Part shown: piece by piece, positions 60,561 through 64,000 of the stretch
Numbering within the stretch: position 1 is the stretch's first letter
Layout of the letters: the number at the start of each line of letters is the position of its first letter
NCBI GenBank assembly: GCA_037143555.1
Contig: JBAWYL010000011.1
Location: forward strand, 6,372-70,371
From: Chlorobiaceae bacterium
GTDB lineage: Bacteria > Bacteroidota > Chlorobiia > Chlorobiales > Chlorobiaceae
Length of the DNA: 64,000 nt
Direction: 5' to 3'
The notes under the pieces: model-generated
Seen by the model: only the letters and a program-made list of their open reading frames with translations
Told to the model about the DNA's origin: nothing
Databases searched by the model: none
Translations under genes and position numbers: made by a program

Positions 60561-60788
60561 TCACTGTTTAGGAGCAATAACGGACTGGACACCCTCCAGA
60601 ACCGAGCCGACACCCTTTAACACGCTGTTTGCGATGTTGATGGAGGTTGTTGCGGCAAAAGTAATAATGTTAACCGCTGATACGATTCCAAATTTCAACG
60701 CTTCAAGCGGAAAAAGGGCGACTTTGCCAAGAGTTCCCGTTAGATTGCTTAAAACTCCGGGATTCTGTTGAAGTGATTCGTTTGCCAT
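60561..60788 (-). CDS. Chlorosome envelope protein, CsmB/CsmF family
   Basis: 75 aa, amphipathic. It starts MANES and ends VIAPKQ, like CsmB/CsmF proteins as recalled, and has its own terminator. Confidence 0.7.
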   Translation of the reverse strand: MANESLQQNPGVLSNLTGTLGKVALFPLEALKFGIVSAVNIITFAATTSINIANSVLKGVGSVLEGVQSVIAPKQ

Positions 60789-61102
60789 GGTTGTGATAGT
60801 TTTAGTTTAAGTAGAGGTCAACAAGTTCAGTGTTGAATTTGCGGTACATTAAAAATGTATATATTTCGCTGTAATATTCTAAAGATTATTTTTACGCTGC
60901 TGCGTTGTGTTTTCTTTGGAGGGGTTTGGTTGTTTTGTTATCTGATTAATATTTATGGTTTTGAGTGTGGTATAATTATCTGTATACTGCGAATGACAAA
61001 TATTTGTTGGCTAGTATTATTTTTGGCGGAAGAGACGTATGTATATAAATGGTATATTGTGTTGTTTCAGGACTGGCAGAAATAATTGAAAAGGAGCTCA
61101 TA

Positions 61103-61283
61103 ATGACACTGCCGTGTAACTTCGCAGTTATCAAAGCGATCACCTATCGCATCATCATTATTTTTCTTGATTTTCTGGCGATATATCTGTTTACCTGAGC
61201 GGCTTTTTTTATGATGTTGGGCAAGTATTTATTCAATTCTATCATGCGTTATGCATGAAAGAGTACTGAATCGCAGGTATTAG
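61103..61283 (+). pseudogene. DUF2061-family membrane protein remnant
   Basis: RBS aaggag, then KAITYRIIIIFLDFLAIYLFT ending at a premature TGA (61196). Another frame later gives HERVLNR, matching the DUF2061 KAxxYR...YYxHERxW pattern. Confidence 0.55.
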
Positions 61284-61387
61284 ACGACAGAGGGTGCTTG
61301 AAAAGTTCTTGTTTTTTGACAATAAGCAAACGTTTAAGCCCCCCGTTATAAAGATATCTCTTCAGGTACGGAGGGCTTATTTTGTGT

Positions 61388-61990
61388 TCATATGGCCATT
61401 TTGAGAACAACCGGAGCCGTTTTTCCATCAGCTACAGTGACCTTTGTGTTGCCCTGTGGCTTTAGTTTTTCGCTCCAGGCCCTTATTTCATAAGTACCTG
61501 CAGGAACATTGCGGATTGTGAATTTGCCGTCATGTTCGCTCACTGCTGCATATTGATTTTTTGTAATGATAACCCAGGCGGACATCTCTGAATGGGCTTT
61601 GTTGAGTAACTGAACCGCACCAGGCTTGTTAAAGGTTAGCTTTCTGGAACTGCCTTGATCCAGTTTGTCTACGTTGAATTTTTTCGCAGGGCTGATTGAA
61701 ATGATATGTGAGTAGAGTTTATCGTTGTTTTTAAACTCAACGGTAGAGCCGACAGGTATCGTTGTTACTTTAGGAACAAAAGTCAGGCTTTGCTGTTCAA
61801 TAATTTTATGCTGTGGCACAACAGGAGCGTTGATGCCCACCAGGTAGACAACTGCATCTCCTTTGTATTTTGGCATGTTTGTATCAATGGTGCCGGTGAT
61901 GGTTCCACTGCAAAAAGCATTCGTAGTGATGAACCCGAAGCTTGTCATGAACAAAACTGTTTTGATGAACCGGGTAGTATTATTAATCAT
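61388..61990 (-). CDS. Secreted cupredoxin-like protein with C-terminal carboxypeptidase-regulatory-like domain
   Basis: Signal peptide, then IEQQSLTFVPKV..IPVGSTVEFKNND, FNKPGAV, and DGKFTIRNVPAGTYEIRAW. Confidence 0.8.
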   Translation of the reverse strand: MINNTTRFIKTVLFMTSFGFITTNAFCSGTITGTIDTNMPKYKGDAVVYLVGINAPVVPQHKIIEQQSLTFVPKVTTIPVGSTVEFKNNDKLYSHIISISPAKKFNVDKLDQGSSRKLTFNKPGAVQLLNKAHSEMSAWVIITKNQYAAVSEHDGKFTIRNVPAGTYEIRAWSEKLKPQGNTKVTVADGKTAPVVLKMAI

Positions 61991-62238
61991 TATAAGCTCC
62001 TTAAGTTTTGGCTATTAAAATATTTCCCTGCAAATCAGACAAATCAGTGCCTGCAGAGACTATGTTAATAAACACATCCTTAAAGGAGGCTTAATGTTCC
62101 CTTAAATATTACGCAAAAAAGACATTAGTGCTGGAATTTGCACGATACATGAAAATGCTTGTTCTGTAAGCATGAACAGTAACAGCTTTTTTTATTACAG
62201 CTAAACATTAATTGAAACGCAAACAACAGGAGAAATTT

Positions 62239-62733
62239 ATGATTAAAATGAAATATCGCAGCTGGCTTAAAACTGTTTTTGCTGCATCCTCATTGTTGAT
62301 CACCTGTGCCATACCTCATAAAGGTTATGCCCAGCAAGGGTTTGGTATTGGTGGCATTGTCGGGGAGCCAAGCGGAGTGAGTGTGAAATACTGGATTGAT
62401 CGAACCAGTGCTTTTGATGCAGCTTTTGCCTGGTCGCTTGTCGACAACAGCCCTTTTCAGTTTCATGCAGACTACCTTATGCACGGCGCTTCTTTAACCG
62501 GCAGCTCTTCCGAAGCAAAAGGGAGACTTCCATGGTACTTTGGTTTTGGAGGACGGGTTAAAAACATCAATAACGAATCCCATATAGGTATTCGGGTTCC
62601 TTTGGGAATTACCTATCTGGTCTCTGATGCTCCGTTAGATATTTTTGCTGAAATATCTCCAGTGCTTGATGTAACACCTTCCGTTAATCTCAATTGGAAT
62701 GGGGGTGTTGGAGTGCGCTTTTATTTCCATTAA
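62239..62733 (+). CDS. Small outer-membrane beta-barrel protein
   Basis: Signal peptide, GFGIGGIVGEPSGVSVKYW, alternating beta strands and an aromatic C-terminus GVGVRFYFH. RBS aggag. Confidence 0.8.
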   Translation: MIKMKYRSWLKTVFAASSLLITCAIPHKGYAQQGFGIGGIVGEPSGVSVKYWIDRTSAFDAAFAWSLVDNSPFQFHADYLMHGASLTGSSSEAKGRLPWYFGFGGRVKNINNESHIGIRVPLGITYLVSDAPLDIFAEISPVLDVTPSVNLNWNGGVGVRFYFH

Positions 62734-62773
62734 TACTCATCCAGCGGAGATCATTTTTTTACACTTGCTGGTT

Positions 62774-62811
62774 AGCGAACAACCCCCGTTGAATCCCGGG
62801 GTTTGTTCGCT
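62774..62811. terminator. Hairpin, probable terminator
   Basis: agcgaacaacccc / ggggtttgttcgct stem with one bulge, between convergent sequences. Confidence 0.55.
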
Positions 62812-62820
62812 GCTGCCTTT

Positions 62821-63091
62821 TTGTTCTTGGCCCCCTTTCGGTGGACCGATTCGACATAACCTGCCATCCTTTTGCAGATTGTGTTCAATCGACCGGGTTT
62901 GAAAGGCCGGGCATTTGAGCGAATTCAGCAAAAGTCATGGAGCAATTCTGATAAAGCGCATTAACGGTTTTCTCCGACGTTTTTACGAGGACTTCCGTCA
63001 TGGTATCCCGCAATGCCAGCAGCATAAATGCAATAAACGGCTTGTCCACTTTTGCGATCCTGTCCGTCTCAGCCAGTGCCCCGAACCAGAC
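62821..63091 (-). pseudogene. C-terminal remnant of a Fic-family protein with winged-helix tail
   Basis: GALAETDRIAKVDKPFIAFMLLALRDTMTEV..KTSEK...MTFAEFAQMPGLS, then a frameshift to TRSIEHNLQKDGRLCRIGPPKGG. This matches the Fic-wHTH C-terminal pattern (L.RIGP.KGG.W). Confidence 0.65.
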
Positions 63092-63094
63092 GCT

Positions 63095-63358
63095 TTACAT
63101 GGAACTGCTTGAGTGAACAATAGTATCGAAGTCAACCGGGAATGATGGTTCGACATTATTGAAGCGATCCCGTCCTTCCGGCATCATGTGGATACCTGTA
63201 GGCAAAACTTTATTCACCATGATGTATTCACCGAGATAATTTGTGAGACGGTAGTAGCCGCTCGGTTTGCCAGTTGTTTCGAGCAATGGCTTGCCGAAAG
63301 CCCATCGCTCAACAATCTGTTCAACCAATGCCTGCTCGGAGGCTTTCAATGTATCCAT
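63095..63358 (-). CDS. Hypothetical protein (87 aa)
   Basis: ATG-started ORF with protein-like composition (ERWAFGKPLLE..KPSGYYRLTNYL). No function recognised. Confidence 0.6.
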   Translation of the reverse strand: MDTLKASEQALVEQIVERWAFGKPLLETTGKPSGYYRLTNYLGEYIMVNKVLPTGIHMMPEGRDRFNNVEPSFPVDFDTIVHSSSSM

Positions 63359-63420
63359 AAATAATGCCGTTCTTCGTTATTTCAGAAAATGTTCACCTCT
63401 CTCATTATACGAAAGTAACG

Positions 63421-63563
63421 TTGTTCAATAGCGGCAATAGATGGACGAGGTCACTTCAAAAGATTCTCGGTCACACTCAGGTAAACAAACTGCCCGGCGG
63501 TATGCACACTTGAGTCAGGATTCCCTGATATCATCAGCCAATATCGCTTCTAACATAATTCCC
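63421..63563 (+). pseudogene. Tyrosine recombinase/integrase C-terminal remnant
   Basis: With frameshifts it reads LFNSG...EV-LQKILGHTQV-TARRYAHLSQDSLISSANIAS, which includes the catalytic H(LGH) and Y(RYAH) boxes. Confidence 0.7.
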
Positions 63564-63830
63564 TTTTCGATAATGATGCCAAAAAACAGTAAGCAATGTT
63601 CAGTTGCTTGCAACTAAGGCAGGGTAGTATACCCGGCTTATTTGCAATTTGCAAAAGCTGGCTGTGAACTGCCACTTGCATTGTATACGGCATTGCCGTT
63701 CGCTTCTGTAACCAGTCGTGCCGTGTTAAAAAGTATCTGACATAAGCAGTGCATCATGTGAAAGGTCGATATAAATGTAAATGAGCAGTATATTGTATCT
63801 GCACTATGAAATGTATTAGCGAAAAAGGAG

Positions 63831-64000
63831 ATGGCTATGTTGACATATAATCTGATGATTGTTCTGATTCTTTTGGCAGCTTTTCTGGCTTCATCGGTTA
63901 AAATTCTCAGGGAGTACGAAAGGGGAGTAGTGTTTCGTCTGGGCCGCATCATCGGTGCGAAGGGGCCGGGGCTTATTATTCTTGTTCCGTGGATCGACAA
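63831..64000 (+). CDS. SPFH/band 7 (slipin/stomatin-like) protein, 5' part
   Basis: RBS aaaggag, then [56 protein letters not shown]. Not in the ORF track because it runs off the window. Confidence 0.92.
   Translation, partial: MAMLTYNLMIVLILLAAFLASSVKILREYERGVVFRLGRIIGAKGPGLIILVPWID

Noticed and set aside
63638-64000. 120-aa minus-strand ORF
   Set aside because: It is the antisense shadow of the plus-strand SPFH gene starting at 63831.
1-64000. CRISPR arrays, rRNA genes, intact transposases or prophage genes
   Set aside because: I found no regularly spaced repeat-spacer array, rRNA signature, transposase ORF or phage structural gene.

Overview
This is a 64-kb chromosomal window from a green sulfur bacterium (Chlorobiaceae). 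The assignment rests on a CsmB/CsmF-type chlorosome protein and Chlorobium-like housekeeping genes. Most of the window is core genome: oppC-like permease, rplY, prs, lpxD, a MacAB-TolC-type cluster, ddl, panB, pssA, purS/purQ, dnaX, aspS, tRNA-Gly(CCC), tRNA-Met(CAT), ispD, queA, tmk and HU. Three accessory patches interrupt it: about 4.3-8.3 kb, 20.3-22 kb and 60.3-63.6 kb. They carry AT-rich orphans and decayed remnants (HigA, SNF2-type helicase, DUF2061, Fic, tyrosine recombinase). Main observations: (1) an operon pairs a full-length nematode-type trehalose-6-phosphate phosphatase with a beta-phosphoglucomutase-GH65 phosphorylase fusion, suggesting OtsA-independent trehalose synthesis. (2) dnaX is split at an A10 / A_AAA_AAG slippery site, so the long tau form needs a -1 shift. 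(3) A polar amino-acid ABC transporter has a circularly permuted binding protein, a permease with a vestigial lipoprotein leader, and an ATPase fused to a degenerate RsbW-like domain. (4) There is a GH15-DUF547 fusion. (5) A PhoBR/CHAD module lies divergent from a binding-protein-less ABC transporter. No rRNA, CRISPR array or intact IS element was seen. All family assignments come from motif recognition by eye, not from database searches.
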